Positions 8,845 through 20,060 of a stretch of DNA of 64,000 nucleotides are shown in pieces. Below the pieces are notes generated by a model, which was not told the origin of the DNA, did no database searches, and saw only the letters and a list, made by a program, of their open reading frames with translations. Source of the DNA: Candidatus Latescibacterota bacterium. Lineage in GTDB: Bacteria; Latescibacterota; UBA2968; SICM01. The position numbers were made by a program, and so were the translations under genes. Where the stretch lies: assembly GCA_965217865.1 (NCBI GenBank), contig CBDCJO010000002.1, forward strand, positions 2,240,001 to 2,304,000, given 5' to 3'. Numbering within the stretch: the stretch's first letter is position 1; every line of letters starts with the position of its first letter.

Positions 8845-11811
8845 ATGACTAAAAAGAAAACCACAGGACCCAATTCACCAGATTCCAGAGCCCGATCCTT
8901 GAGGGGCGGCCATCGTCTTTACCTCCTCCTGGCCCTGGTCCTTGCGCTCCATATCGCTCCGTCCAAAGGCCTGGCGATTTTTGAGCGCGTCAACTCGCCG
9001 AACCCGGCCGACCCGATGGCGGTCCATATCTACCGGCTCGAGAACGGCCTGACGGTTTACCTGACGGCGAATCGTGAAAAGCCGCGCTTTTACGCGGAAG
9101 TTGCCGTGCGTGCCGGAAGCAAGCACGACCCATCTGAGTCCACCGGCCTTGCGCACTATCTGGAACACATGCTCTTAAAAGGGACAGACCGGATCGGCAC
9201 CCTGGACCATGCCACAGAAAGGGTCCACCTGGACAGGATCTCCGAACTGTATGAAGAGCTCTTTAAGGAATCCGATCCTGATAGGCGGGAGGGGATCTAT
9301 GCGGAGATCAACAAAGAATCTCAACTGGCCTCCCGGTACGCAATTCCGAACGAGATAGACAAGCTGTATAAGGAGATGGGGGGGGGGCATAATGCGTCAA
9401 CGTGGCACGAACAGACGGTCTACCAGGTGGATCTCCCGGCCAACCGGCTCGTTCAGTGGGCGGTCGTGGAATCGGAGCGGTTCCGCCGACCCGTCTTTCG
9501 GTTTTTTCAGCCCGAACTCGAGGTGGTCTACGAAGAGAAGAACCGTTCTCAGGACAACAAAGACCGGATTATCCGAGAAGCGGTCGGCGGGATCCTGTAT
9601 AAGAACCATCCCTACGGCCAGCAAACCACCCTGGGGAAAGCGGAACACCTGAAGAACCCCTCCCTGAAAAATATGTATTGGTTCTTGGATACCTTCTATG
9701 TCCCGGATAACATGGCCATACTCATCTCGGGGGATTTCGATATTGAGGAGGCCATCCGGACGGTTGACCGGCACTTCTCCGGCTTGCCGCCGAAGGCGCT
9801 CCCCAGGCCGAAGGGCTGGGAAGAGGCCCCTCTCCGCGGACGAGAATTCGTCTCGGTGTCTTACGAGGGAGAGGAGTACGCGCTCATCGCCTTCCGGACC
9901 GCGGAACGAAATCACCCAGATGCGGAAGTCTTTAAACTCCTGGACATGGTCCTGGACAATCGGACGGCGGGACTGATCAACCTCAACCTCAACCAGCAAC
10001 AGAGGGTCCGCCGGGCTGGGTCGTATCCCAACATGCACAACGACTACGGCGCCCAGTACTTGTGGGGGATCCCCAAAAAGGGACAGTCACTGGAGGAAGT
10101 GGAAGGGCTCCTTTTGGATCAGGTGACTCTCATCAAAAAAGGGGAGTTTGAAGATTGGATCCTTCCGGCCATTATTGTCGATTTCGAAAAGAGCCGGAAG
10201 CGTCAGATGGAATCGAACAGAGGTCGGGTGGGTCAGATGCGGGAGGCATTTCTGGCTTTTCAGGACTGGGACCACGCGGTTGGAGAGATCGCACGGATGG
10301 GAAAGGTGACTAAAGAGGATCTCGTCCAAGCCGCAAAAATTACCTTTGGGGACGATTATGTTGTGGGAAATCGTGTGGATGAGCGGCGTGAAGTGCCCAA
10401 GATTGAAAAACCGAAGATGGATAAAATCGACATCGATCCAACCCGACGGTCGGTTTTTTTCGACCGCGTGATTTCCATGCCTTATGAAGGGATTGAACCT
10501 GAATTTATAGACCCCCAAGTAGACTACCGAAAGGTCGATTTTCACGACGGGGTCGTGCTCTCCTACACACCAAACCCCATCAATGACCTGTTCACCCTGA
10601 GCATCGCCATAGATATCGGAAACAACCAGGACAACCGAATAGGCATCGCCACAAGGCTGATCGACAAATCGGGCACCGCGACTTATGGACCCGAGGACCT
10701 CAAGAAAGAATGGTATAAGCTCGGGACGGACTTCAGCATCGGCTCCGGAACCGATGAGACCACGATTCGTATTTCGGGTCTGGACGAAAACCTCGAAGCT
10801 TCGCTTGTCCTGATGATGGACGTCATGAAAAACCCGAAGGCGGACAAGGTCGTTCTGGACGAGTTGATAAAGATCATCCTTGTCGGGCGGGAGGATGCCA
10901 GGAAGGATCCACGGACCATCAGACGGGCCCTTGCCCACTACAGTCGTCACCGCGCGGACTCACGGTATCTTCGGGTGCTCCCGAGTCGAGATGTTCAGAG
11001 GCTTACTGTGGACGAACTCCATAACCTCGTTCGGGGGCTGTTGAACCACAAACATACGATAAGCTATACCGGGTCCCTCCCCCTGGATCAGGTCGTTGTG
11101 ATCCTGAAACGCAACCATCCCATCTCGGGGACCCTGACGGACCCCCCGCCTTATCTGTTCCTGAAGGCACAGGTCCCTGAAGAGACCGAGATTCGCTATT
11201 TACACAAAGAGGTTGCACAGGCACAGGTCTACCTGGAATTTGGAGACGAAGATTACAACGAAGCCAATATCCCCGCAATCCAGTTGTACAATTCCTACTT
11301 TGCCGGGGGAATGTCTGGAGTGGTGTTTCAGGAGCTGCGGGAAGCTCGGGCCCTTGCGTACGCAACCGGGGCGGGCTACACGCCGGGACACCGAAAAGGC
11401 GATCAGAATCTGGTATGGGGGGGGCTGGGTTGTCAGGCAGACAAGACGCCCGAAGCGGTCGAAACCTTTATCGATCTGATGGACAACCTGCCGGTTTCCT
11501 CTCAGCGGTTCGAGTCCTCCCAAGAGTCTATCCTCAACCAATACCGAAGCTCAAAGCTGGGCTTCCGGGAAATCCTAGGTGCCGTTCGATCCTGGGAGCG
11601 GCTGAAAGTCCGGGTTGATCCGAGAAGGTCCCGTTACGAAAAGGTTCTGAACGCTGACATGAATCTGATGCTGCAGTTTCACAAAGCACACATAGAAGGT
11701 CGGTTAAAACTGGTCTCCGTTGTCGGGGATACCAGTCGGATCGACATGGAGCGACTGGGAAAGAGTGGAAATTTGATGGCGGTGGAGCTCGACGATATAT
11801 TTATTTTCTGA
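8845..11811 (+). CDS. Secreted M16 family (insulinase-like) zinc peptidase, two-lobe
   Basis: Signal-like N-terminus, LENGL, inverted zinc motif GLAHYLEHM, second half FQELREARALAY. Confidence 0.92.
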   Translation: MTKKKTTGPNSPDSRARSLRGGHRLYLLLALVLALHIAPSKGLAIFERVNSPNPADPMAVHIYRLENGLTVYLTANREKPRFYAEVAVRAGSKHDPSESTGLAHYLEHMLLKGTDRIGTLDHATERVHLDRISELYEELFKESDPDRREGIYAEINKESQLASRYAIPNEIDKLYKEMGGGHNASTWHEQTVYQVDLPANRLVQWAVVESERFRRPVFRFFQPELEVVYEEKNRSQDNKDRIIREAVGGILYKNHPYGQQTTLGKAEHLKNPSLKNMYWFLDTFYVPDNMAILISGDFDIEEAIRTVDRHFSGLPPKALPRPKGWEEAPLRGREFVSVSYEGEEYALIAFRTAERNHPDAEVFKLLDMVLDNRTAGLINLNLNQQQRVRRAGSYPNMHNDYGAQYLWGIPKKGQSLEEVEGLLLDQVTLIKKGEFEDWILPAIIVDFEKSRKRQMESNRGRVGQMREAFLAFQDWDHAVGEIARMGKVTKEDLVQAAKITFGDDYVVGNRVDERREVPKIEKPKMDKIDIDPTRRSVFFDRVISMPYEGIEPEFIDPQVDYRKVDFHDGVVLSYTPNPINDLFTLSIAIDIGNNQDNRIGIATRLIDKSGTATYGPEDLKKEWYKLGTDFSIGSGTDETTIRISGLDENLEASLVLMMDVMKNPKADKVVLDELIKIILVGREDARKDPRTIRRALAHYSRHRADSRYLRVLPSRDVQRLTVDELHNLVRGLLNHKHTISYTGSLPLDQVVVILKRNHPISGTLTDPPPYLFLKAQVPEETEIRYLHKEVAQAQVYLEFGDEDYNEANIPAIQLYNSYFAGGMSGVVFQELREARALAYATGAGYTPGHRKGDQNLVWGGLGCQADKTPEAVETFIDLMDNLPVSSQRFESSQESILNQYRSSKLGFREILGAVRSWERLKVRVDPRRSRYEKVLNADMNLMLQFHKAHIEGRLKLVSVVGDTSRIDMERLGKSGNLMAVELDDIFIF

Positions 11812-12813
11812 TTGGTCGGAGGGGGGGTAACGGCCCCCGGAAGGTCATCATTCCGTTTTCCTGCGGGAGTGGTTTTGGTAACCTGCAATTTTAACCGGCG
11901 TCCATCAAAAAGTTTGTGCGATCGTTCGAGTGAGGCGTTAGAGCAGTTTGTGGCACACATAGCCGTGGAGCGGGGCCTGTCGAAGAACACCCTGGAGGCC
12001 TATCGGCGCGACCTTTTACGCTATGTTCAATTTCTGGAAGAATCCGGCATTGAGGATGCTGCCCGTGCGGATCAGAGCCATGTCTCGGCCTTCGTGCGAT
12101 CGCTCGACGGTATCGGTTTGGAGCGGACCAGCATTGCTCGAAACCTGTCTGCGATGAAAGTGTTCCATCGTTTCCTCGCGTCCGAGGGATTGTCGGAACA
12201 AGATCCGACCCGGAACGTTCATCCGCCGAGGACCCGCCGGGGATTGCCCGTAGTGCTCAATATCTTTGAAGTGGAACGAATCCTGGAACAGCCGGATCTT
12301 TCCACGCCGTTAGGGATTCGGGACAGGGCGATGATGGAGATGCTTTACGCCGTTGGGATCCGGGTCTCCGAGTTGGTCGAAATGGGTTGTTCGGATCTTA
12401 TGTTTGATGCTGGAATCGTGCGGGTGGTGGGAAAGGGGAATAAAGAGCGCGTTGTTCCGATCGGGGCAGAAGCAGCCGAATTTGCGATCGTTCATCTGAG
12501 AGAGGTCAGGCCTAGTTTGGCCAGGCCTTTCTCCGGGGATGCCCTGTTCCTGAACTGGAGAGGGCGACGGCTCTCAAGGATGGCGGTCTGGAAGATGATC
12601 AAAAGATACACCAAAGGCGCGGGAATCCGGAAGCGGGTAAGCCCCCATACCCTCCGGCATTCGTTTGCAACCCATTTGCTTGAAGGTGGGGCGGACCTGA
12701 GGGCGGTTCAGGAGATGCTGGGTCACGCCGATATCGCCACCACACAGATCTATACCCACCTGGACCGGGAATACCTCAAGGAAGTGCATCGGACGTATCA
12801 TCCCAGGGGATAG
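11812..12813 (+). CDS. xerD: Site-specific tyrosine recombinase XerD (true start probably near 11914)
   Basis: ERGLSKNTLEAYRRDL, RDRAM.E.LY..G.RVSEL, GKGNKER, SPHTLRHSFATHLL, MLGHADIATTQIY. Confidence 0.93.
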   Translation: MVGGGVTAPGRSSFRFPAGVVLVTCNFNRRPSKSLCDRSSEALEQFVAHIAVERGLSKNTLEAYRRDLLRYVQFLEESGIEDAARADQSHVSAFVRSLDGIGLERTSIARNLSAMKVFHRFLASEGLSEQDPTRNVHPPRTRRGLPVVLNIFEVERILEQPDLSTPLGIRDRAMMEMLYAVGIRVSELVEMGCSDLMFDAGIVRVVGKGNKERVVPIGAEAAEFAIVHLREVRPSLARPFSGDALFLNWRGRRLSRMAVWKMIKRYTKGAGIRKRVSPHTLRHSFATHLLEGGADLRAVQEMLGHADIATTQIYTHLDREYLKEVHRTYHPRG

Positions 12814-12834
12814 CTGAATAGATCGGTCTTGATC

Positions 12835-13266
12835 CTACACCCCCGAACTCCCGAATCCTCCCGAAGCCCTGCTGGTCTCGTCCAATCTCTCCACAATTTC
12901 CAACCGTGCCGTTTCCACACGCGCGAAGACCATCTGTGCGATCTTTTGGCCTTGTTGAATCGCAACGGTCTCCTGGCCAAGATTGATCAGAATGACGCCG
13001 ACCTCTCCCCGGTAACCTGAGTCGATCGTCCCGGGTGTGTTGAGGATGGTCAATCCCTGCTTGACGGCCAAACCGCTTTTGGGGCGCACCTGTCCTTCAT
13101 AACCATCCGGAATGGCCAAGGCCACCCCTGTTGGGACCAGGGCCCGCTCACCGGGCTTGAGGGTGTGATGCGACGCGGCATAGAGATCGACCCCAGCATC
13201 CCCCGGGTGGGCATAGTCGGGAATCTTGGCGTGGGGCCGAACTTTATTGACCTTGACCTGGATCAT
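12835..13266 (-). CDS. dut: dUTP diphosphatase
   Basis: AGVDL, RPKSGLA, NTPGTIDSGYRGE, RASGGFGSSG. Confidence 0.97.
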   Translation of the reverse strand: MIQVKVNKVRPHAKIPDYAHPGDAGVDLYAASHHTLKPGERALVPTGVALAIPDGYEGQVRPKSGLAVKQGLTILNTPGTIDSGYRGEVGVILINLGQETVAIQQGQKIAQMVFARVETARLEIVERLDETSRASGGFGSSGV

Positions 13267-13312
13267 TGCAAAAGGCCTCCCGCGTTTTTGGATCCGGGCA
13301 AATTCGTCATTC

Positions 13313-13846
13313 CTATTTCATCTTTAAGTCCAATCGGACGAACCAAGCCCTGTTTTCCCGGGCAAGGGATAACCTGTTCGTGTCGGACCCCCATAAATGC
13401 GCATCCACGTATGCGTCCACTGCACTGTAGAATATGAGCCCCAGCGCCGTAAAGATGAACACGTTTCGCCTGGGTGCCGATGGATCGACCGCCCTTTCCC
13501 GGTCCAGTTGTCTTTTTCTGATGACGATCCCGACGAAGGAAGCGACCTCGGCCGCAGCAATGACCCCGCCCTTGATCGGCCGGGCGTTGTAAAACTGACC
13601 CCACCCCGGCAGGACAACGGATCGAAAAGCGGCCGCTCGGGGAGACCTCAAGGGGACAGTCCGGCTGGAGGATGCCGCCGAATCCTGCTGGACCGTTAGG
13701 GTGTCGGCTCCCATCGCTTCGGTCCAGGTGAAGGCCGTCATCATCGAGAATAGGCAACACCCGATCTGCGCCAGGCTGCCGAAACGAGGGGGGAGATGAC
13801 GAATAGCCAGGGGGATTGAGGCGAGAGGATCGAGGGAGAGCGTCAT
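13313..13846 (-). CDS. DUF5683-like membrane protein
   Basis: SP..AAFRS..LPGWGQFYN...KG and SAVDAYVDAHL motifs; start uncertain. Confidence 0.75.
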   Translation of the reverse strand: MTLSLDPLASIPLAIRHLPPRFGSLAQIGCCLFSMMTAFTWTEAMGADTLTVQQDSAASSSRTVPLRSPRAAAFRSVVLPGWGQFYNARPIKGGVIAAAEVASFVGIVIRKRQLDRERAVDPSAPRRNVFIFTALGLIFYSAVDAYVDAHLWGSDTNRLSLARENRAWFVRLDLKMK

Positions 13847-13854
13847 GGACGCCG

Positions 13855-14364
13855 TTACGGGTTTGGGGACCGGATGCGCCGAATGAGTATAGTATCGGTT
13901 TGCGGCATGTCGGTCGGAGGAAATTGGTTGGCGGGAATCCGTTGGCCCGGGCGATACTTGCTCCGCTCAAGGGAACCTACGGCAATCAATTCGTAGTCTT
14001 CGTCCTTGCCTTTCCGTTCCATTCCAAAAAGGCAGGTGGTTCGCCAGGTTCCCGTCTTGCTGGGCCTGGATGTAAAGCTCTGAACCATCCACGAATCCCC
14101 CAACAGGGGGTGGACAAGAACGAACACCTGATACTCCCGATCGGAGACCGTCCCCTGGACGGTGGCCTTCCAGCCTGTTTCGATCGGGTGGCCGGCCGTG
14201 GCGTAAACCGAGTCCATGGTCGAAGTCATCCCTATCTTGAGGATCTCCACACGAACGCTATCAGGTGAAACCTGGGTAGGCAAGAGTCCGAAGGGAGCAG
14301 GAGGCTGTCCTTCGAGGATGACCGGAGTCCCCACCAGGAGGACCAGAAGCAGATGAAAGATCAT
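13855..14364 (-). CDS. Secreted hypothetical protein
   Basis: Signal peptide; co-oriented with eda and overlapping its stop. Confidence 0.65.
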   Translation of the reverse strand: MIFHLLLVLLVGTPVILEGQPPAPFGLLPTQVSPDSVRVEILKIGMTSTMDSVYATAGHPIETGWKATVQGTVSDREYQVFVLVHPLLGDSWMVQSFTSRPSKTGTWRTTCLFGMERKGKDEDYELIAVGSLERSKYRPGQRIPANQFPPTDMPQTDTILIRRIRSPNP

Positions 14365-14996
14365 GTTCGCGCCTTTCTGACCTCTTCGACGAATTTTCGT
14401 GCCGTTTCTGCAACCACGTGAAATTGGCCTGCCGCTACAGCTTTCTTATCGATCATTGCGCTCCCCGCGCCGAGCGCACAAGCCCCCGCCCTGATGAAGC
14501 TTCCAGCTGTGGTCAGGTCGACGCCCCCCGTGGGCATCAGTCGGACCTGTGGTAATGGTCCTTTCACATCCTTAAAATAGGCGGGTCCACCCACGGAGGC
14601 CGGGAACACCTTCACGATGTCCGCACCGGCCTGCCAGGCTGTCAGGATCTCGGTCGGGGTGAAGGCGCCGGGCATCACGAGTTTTCCATACCGTTTGGCC
14701 ATCTCGACGACGCCAGGGTGGAAGGTCGGGCCGACGATGTATTCGGCACCGGCCAGGATGGCGGCCCGGGCGGTTTCAGGATCCAGCACCGATCCTGCGC
14801 CGATGATGGAATCCTTCATCTTTACAGCGGCATCTTCGATGACCTTGAGAGCCCCCGGTGTGGTCATGGTCATCTCAAGGGTAACGACCCCACCATCCCG
14901 CAGGGCTTTCGACACGTCGATGAGCTCTGTGGAGGAGTCTGCTCGCAACACCGCAACGACGCCACAATCGATAATTCGATCCAGGGTTCCGTTCAT
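14361..14996 (-). CDS. eda: KDPG/KHG aldolase
   Basis: VVAVLR, GAGSVL, PGAFTPTEI, VKVFPA, MPTGGV. Confidence 0.95.
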   Translation of the reverse strand: MNGTLDRIIDCGVVAVLRADSSTELIDVSKALRDGGVVTLEMTMTTPGALKVIEDAAVKMKDSIIGAGSVLDPETARAAILAGAEYIVGPTFHPGVVEMAKRYGKLVMPGAFTPTEILTAWQAGADIVKVFPASVGGPAYFKDVKGPLPQVRLMPTGGVDLTTAGSFIRAGACALGAGSAMIDKKAVAAGQFHVVAETARKFVEEVRKART

Positions 14997-15012
14997 AGCG
15001 GATTGAAATTCC

Positions 15013-16056
15013 TCATCTGAGGATCCTCACACTCCCACCTTTGATGATCTTTTTCGCTTCGGGGGCCGTCGCCCAGTTCACGTCGCCCGTGAAGGTATGT
15101 GCGAGTGCGGAATATGCCCCTGCGAAGTCCACGGCTTCCTGAGAATTCATATCGTTCAGGAAGGAATAGATCAAACCTGCGGAGAAACTGTCACCCCCAC
15201 CAACGCGGTCCACGATTTCTAACCCCTGGTATACCCGGGAAAGGAAAAAGTCGGCCCCGTCGAACAGCAGCGTCCGCCAGTCGTTCAGGAGGCCGCTGGT
15301 CGCGACCCGGAGGGTTGTCCCCACTTTTTGAATGTTCGGATACATCTCAACCGCCCGGCGGGCGACCTGCTTGTAACTCTCGGGTTCCAGTTTGTCGAAT
15401 TGTTCGGTCGTGCCGGCAGCCTTCAGGCCCAGGACTTTCTCGAAGTCCTCCTCATTTCCGACGAGGACAGACACGAAGGGCATGAACTGCTTGGTGGTCT
15501 CCTTGGCCTTTGATGAGGTCCAGAGCGCCGACCGAAAATTGAGGTCATAACTGGTTGTGACCCCCGCGTCGTTGGCGGCCTTTAAAGCTTCCAGCGTCAC
15601 TTCAGAGGCTGAATCGGAGAGGGCGGGGGTGATCCCGCTGACATGGAACCACCTCGCTCCATCGAATATGGCCCGCCAGGGGATTTCCCCTGGTTTCACG
15701 TGTGAGATGGCCGAGTGGGCCCGGTCGTAGGTGACGGCGCTTGCCCGAGGACCGACCCCGAGTTCCAGGTGGTAGAATCCATTCCGCTCACGTCCTACAC
15801 CGTCGAAATCCACCCAGACGATGTGGGATATATCGACTCCCCGTTCTCGCCCCTTGTTTCGGATGATCCGGCCCGTCCAGTTATCGACCAGGCGCGACAC
15901 CCACGCGGCCTTCAGACCCAAGGTGGCACATGCCACCGCCACGTTGAATTCCCCCCCCCCCACGTTTACGTCTAAGGAGGCGGCGTTCTCCAGGCGAAGG
16001 TGATCGGGTGAAGAGAGGCGTATCATCGCCTCTCCGAATGAGATCACGTCGAACAC
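15013..16056 (-). CDS. kdgK: PfkB family sugar kinase, 2-keto-3-deoxygluconate kinase-like
   Basis: FGEAMIRL, GGGEFNVA, SGITPA, DLNFR, VDRVGGGDSF; adjacent to eda. Confidence 0.88.
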   Translation of the reverse strand: MFDVISFGEAMIRLSSPDHLRLENAASLDVNVGGGEFNVAVACATLGLKAAWVSRLVDNWTGRIIRNKGRERGVDISHIVWVDFDGVGRERNGFYHLELGVGPRASAVTYDRAHSAISHVKPGEIPWRAIFDGARWFHVSGITPALSDSASEVTLEALKAANDAGVTTSYDLNFRSALWTSSKAKETTKQFMPFVSVLVGNEEDFEKVLGLKAAGTTEQFDKLEPESYKQVARRAVEMYPNIQKVGTTLRVATSGLLNDWRTLLFDGADFFLSRVYQGLEIVDRVGGGDSFSAGLIYSFLNDMNSQEAVDFAGAYSALAHTFTGDVNWATAPEAKKIIKGGSVRILR

Positions 16057-16132
16057 TACAACCTCCTGCGTTGCCTCCTCACTCCTCCGGATCGGGAGAA
16101 ACGGAGACGGGGAGATTCCCCGTGTTTAGGCA

Positions 16133-16819
16133 TCAATCGTCGGAGTTCCCCCGGAGAATCAGGAGCCGAATAAGCTGAAGGACGGCCACGGTCGCTGCTG
16201 CCACGTAGGTGAGGGCGGCTGCGTTCAGGACCTTTCGGGCCAGACCGATCTCGTCAGGGGCGACGTAACCGAATCGCGTGAGGGTTTGAAGGGCACGACT
16301 GCTGGCGTTGTACTCCACCGGGAGAGTCACCAGGCTGAACAGCACGGCAAAGGAGAAAAGTGCGATTCCGATGTCGATCAGGAATGGCGCAGAGAGGAAA
16401 AAACCGGCCAGTAAAAGCGGCCAGGATAAGGTAGAGCCGAAGTTCGCCACCGGCACGAGGTTGCTCCGAATCTGCAATGGAAAATAGTGGCGCCCGTGTT
16501 GGATCGCGTGTCCGGCTTCGTGTGCGGCCACGCCCAACGCCGCGATTGATCGGGATCCGTAGACATCCTCGGACAGTTGCAGCGTCCGGTCGCGAGGGTC
16601 GTAATGATCCGTCAAGTTGCCTTCGATCGGCTCCACCGTGACATCCAGTCGGTTTTGATCCAGGATGGCTCGAGCAACCTGGGCCCCGGTCATTCCCTGT
16701 CGGGATGGGACCTCGCTGAATTTGGAGAAGGTGTGTTTTACTCTGTACTGTGCCCACAAGGCCAGGGCAATACCAGGGATGAGCAGGATCATGGTGGAGT
16801 CAAAGAAGAATGGAAACAC
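16133..16819 (-). CDS. YugP-like membrane zinc metallopeptidase
   Basis: LTDHYDP, AAHEAGHA, TLPVEYNAS.RA, AAALTYVA; GTG start at 16819 with AGGAGG. Confidence 0.92.
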   Translation of the reverse strand: MFPFFFDSTMILLIPGIALALWAQYRVKHTFSKFSEVPSRQGMTGAQVARAILDQNRLDVTVEPIEGNLTDHYDPRDRTLQLSEDVYGSRSIAALGVAAHEAGHAIQHGRHYFPLQIRSNLVPVANFGSTLSWPLLLAGFFLSAPFLIDIGIALFSFAVLFSLVTLPVEYNASSRALQTLTRFGYVAPDEIGLARKVLNAAALTYVAAATVAVLQLIRLLILRGNSDD

Positions 16820-16891
16820 GGGGCGAACCTCCTTCGAAAAACAGAAAAGACTTGAAACTTGAAACATAAAACAAGATACAATTCACGGCCT

Positions 16892-17824
16892 TTATTCCCC
16901 CAGGGATTCCCCGGGCTGGACCCGATATCCCCGAACCCACTCCGAACCGCTCATGCGTTTTTTACCCGAGGGCTGGACTTCTTCTAAACGAAGCCCGTGG
17001 TTTGAAGTCTGAACGGATACTCCCAACGCGGGATCTGCGGCCACAATTTCACCGCTTTGTCCCGGGGGCGCCTGCGGATCGAGCGCACCGCGGTGGATCT
17101 TCAAAATTCCTCCCCTCCAGGTCGTAAATGCCCCAGGCGTCGGATGCATTCCCCGGATCTGGTTCCGAACCGATTGTGCGTCCCGCGACCAGTCGACTCG
17201 CGCATCCTCACGTTTGATCGAGGGTGCCCGAGAAACTCCCCTGGAGGACTGAGGTCGCGGTGTCAGAGTCCCGGCCGCAAGTCCGTCAACGGTGTCCAGG
17301 AGCAGGTCTGCTCCGATGAACTTCAGACGGTCCGCGAGTTCTCCCGCGGTCTCGTCGGGGGCGATATCCACTCTTTTTTGCATCAGGATGTCGCCCGCAT
17401 CCACCCGGGGTTGGATTAGAAAGGTGGTGAGCCCGGTCGCGGTCTCTCCGGCCATTATTGCCCGGGGGATCGGAGCGGCTCCCCGGTACTTCGGCAGGAG
17501 AGATGGGTGCAGATTGACAGACCCTTGTCGAGGAATCACCAGGCTCTCTTTTGGCAGGATCCGGAAGGCCACGACGACGAACAGGTCGACATCAAGGGCC
17601 TTCAAGGCATCGATAAAGCGGACGTCGGAGATCTCCTCCGGTTGGAGGACGGGGAGCCCGAGTTCACGGGCAGCCGTCTTGACGGCTGGAGGGGCGAGTG
17701 CCCTCCCTCGTCCCTGGGGGGAATCGGGCCTTGTCACGACAGACACGATCGCGTGCCCCCTCTCGTGGAGGCGTCTCATCGAAGGGACTGCGAAATCCGG
17801 TGTCCCCATGAACAACAGACGCAC
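16892..17824 (-). CDS. fmt: Methionyl-tRNA formyltransferase
   Basis: FMGTPDFA, NLHPSLLPKYRGAAP, DAGDI. Confidence 0.97.
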   Translation of the reverse strand: MRLLFMGTPDFAVPSMRRLHERGHAIVSVVTRPDSPQGRGRALAPPAVKTAARELGLPVLQPEEISDVRFIDALKALDVDLFVVVAFRILPKESLVIPRQGSVNLHPSLLPKYRGAAPIPRAIMAGETATGLTTFLIQPRVDAGDILMQKRVDIAPDETAGELADRLKFIGADLLLDTVDGLAAGTLTPRPQSSRGVSRAPSIKREDARVDWSRDAQSVRNQIRGMHPTPGAFTTWRGGILKIHRGALDPQAPPGQSGEIVAADPALGVSVQTSNHGLRLEEVQPSGKKRMSGSEWVRGYRVQPGESLGE

Positions 17825-17827
17825 GGA

Positions 17828-18211
17828 TTACCCGTTCGCCTTAACAGGCGCCTCGTTTTCGGATCGACTCTCTCCAGTTTTCACCTTGCGAGTGACCGCG
17901 CCCTTGGAAAGCTCGAATTTGACGTTGTCGGCAACTTTCAAGATCACGATTCCATCTCTTTCTTTAAACCCGACGATTGTCCCGTGGATGCCCCCTGTGG
18001 TGACAACCCGGTCCCCTTTCTGGAGGTCTTCGAGCATCGACTTCTGTTCACGCTGTCTCCGGATCTGAGGGCGGATGATCAGGAAGTACATGATCAGGAT
18101 GATCAGGAAAAAGGGGAAGAACGAGGCAAACATTCCACCCGGCCCGGGAGGAGCCCCTTCTCCACCGCCACCTCCCAGTGCATAGGCACTGTTAATGAAA
18201 AGGTCGATCAA
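17828..18211 (-). CDS. yajC: Preprotein translocase subunit YajC
   Basis: MYFLIIRPQ, KGDRVVTTGGIHG; follows tgt. Confidence 0.96.
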   Translation of the reverse strand: MIDLFINSAYALGGGGGEGAPPGPGGMFASFFPFFLIILIMYFLIIRPQIRRQREQKSMLEDLQKGDRVVTTGGIHGTIVGFKERDGIVILKVADNVKFELSKGAVTRKVKTGESRSENEAPVKANG

Positions 18212-18224
18212 GCAATCCTCCTTG

Positions 18225-19388
<1,164 letters not shown>

Positions 19389-19413
19389 TCATCCCCATCT
19401 GCTCAGGTCGAAA

Positions 19414-19443
19414 AATATACCAAAAGGGTGGATTAGGTGTCAA
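19414..19443 (-). promoter_or_regulatory. Sigma70-type promoter of the tgt-yajC-fmt operon
   Basis: Minus strand TTGACA-N18-TATATT with TGn extension. Confidence 0.65.
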
Positions 19444-19586
19444 GGCCTTAGACTATGTCGGTCGACCATTTTTCCCTTGCCTGAAATCACGAGGTGTGTT
19501 AAGATCACCGTAGTGAGCTTGACTACATACCTATGTCCGATTCGACTCTCTCCTCCAGAGAGGTCTTTTGACCCGGGACTGAACAG

Positions 19587-20033
19587 ATGTCCGTAACGAT
19601 CGGCATCGTGGTTTTCGTGTCTTGGATGGTTTGGGCGCTGGACCCGGAGGTTCAGGCCGGAATCGATTCCTCCGATACGATCTACCGAACCACTCGGGCT
19701 TCGCTCGATGTTGGGGGGGGGCAGATGACAGGTCCGAGTGGATTTCGGTTCCGAGAGACATCACTCGGATCCGCGATTCAGACGGGTCTCACCGAAGGTG
19801 AGTTTCGAATCACATCGGGTTTTATTCAGCGGACGAGTGTATCCGATGAGGTCGAACCTCTGGTTGGGGATTTTAACGGGGACGGAGAGGTCGAGGTTGG
19901 TGATTTTTTCCTTTTTGCAGCGGCTTTTGGATCGGTGGATCCGGAGTTTGACCTCGATCGGGACGGAAAAGTCAATTTTGACGATTTCTTTATTTTCGCC
20001 AGAAACTTCGGGATGAAGAGCGGTGAAGGATAG
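19587..20033 (+). CDS. Small secreted protein with C-terminal dockerin/EF-hand-like pair
   Basis: Signal peptide; GDFNGDGEVEVGDFFLFAAAFG and FDLDRDGKVNFDDFFIFARNFG. Confidence 0.8.
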   Translation: MSVTIGIVVFVSWMVWALDPEVQAGIDSSDTIYRTTRASLDVGGGQMTGPSGFRFRETSLGSAIQTGLTEGEFRITSGFIQRTSVSDEVEPLVGDFNGDGEVEVGDFFLFAAAFGSVDPEFDLDRDGKVNFDDFFIFARNFGMKSGEG

Positions 20034-20060
20034 GATGGGAACGGGGCCTGGCGGGGCGAA

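Noticed and set aside
11812-12813. Tyrosine recombinase as a prophage or integron integrase
   Set aside because: Typical XerD sequence without the IntI insertion, in a housekeeping context
15692-15707. parS-like GTTTCACGTG (also at about 51197)
   Set aside because: Only one half matches TGTTTCACGTGAAACA, and both lie inside coding sequence
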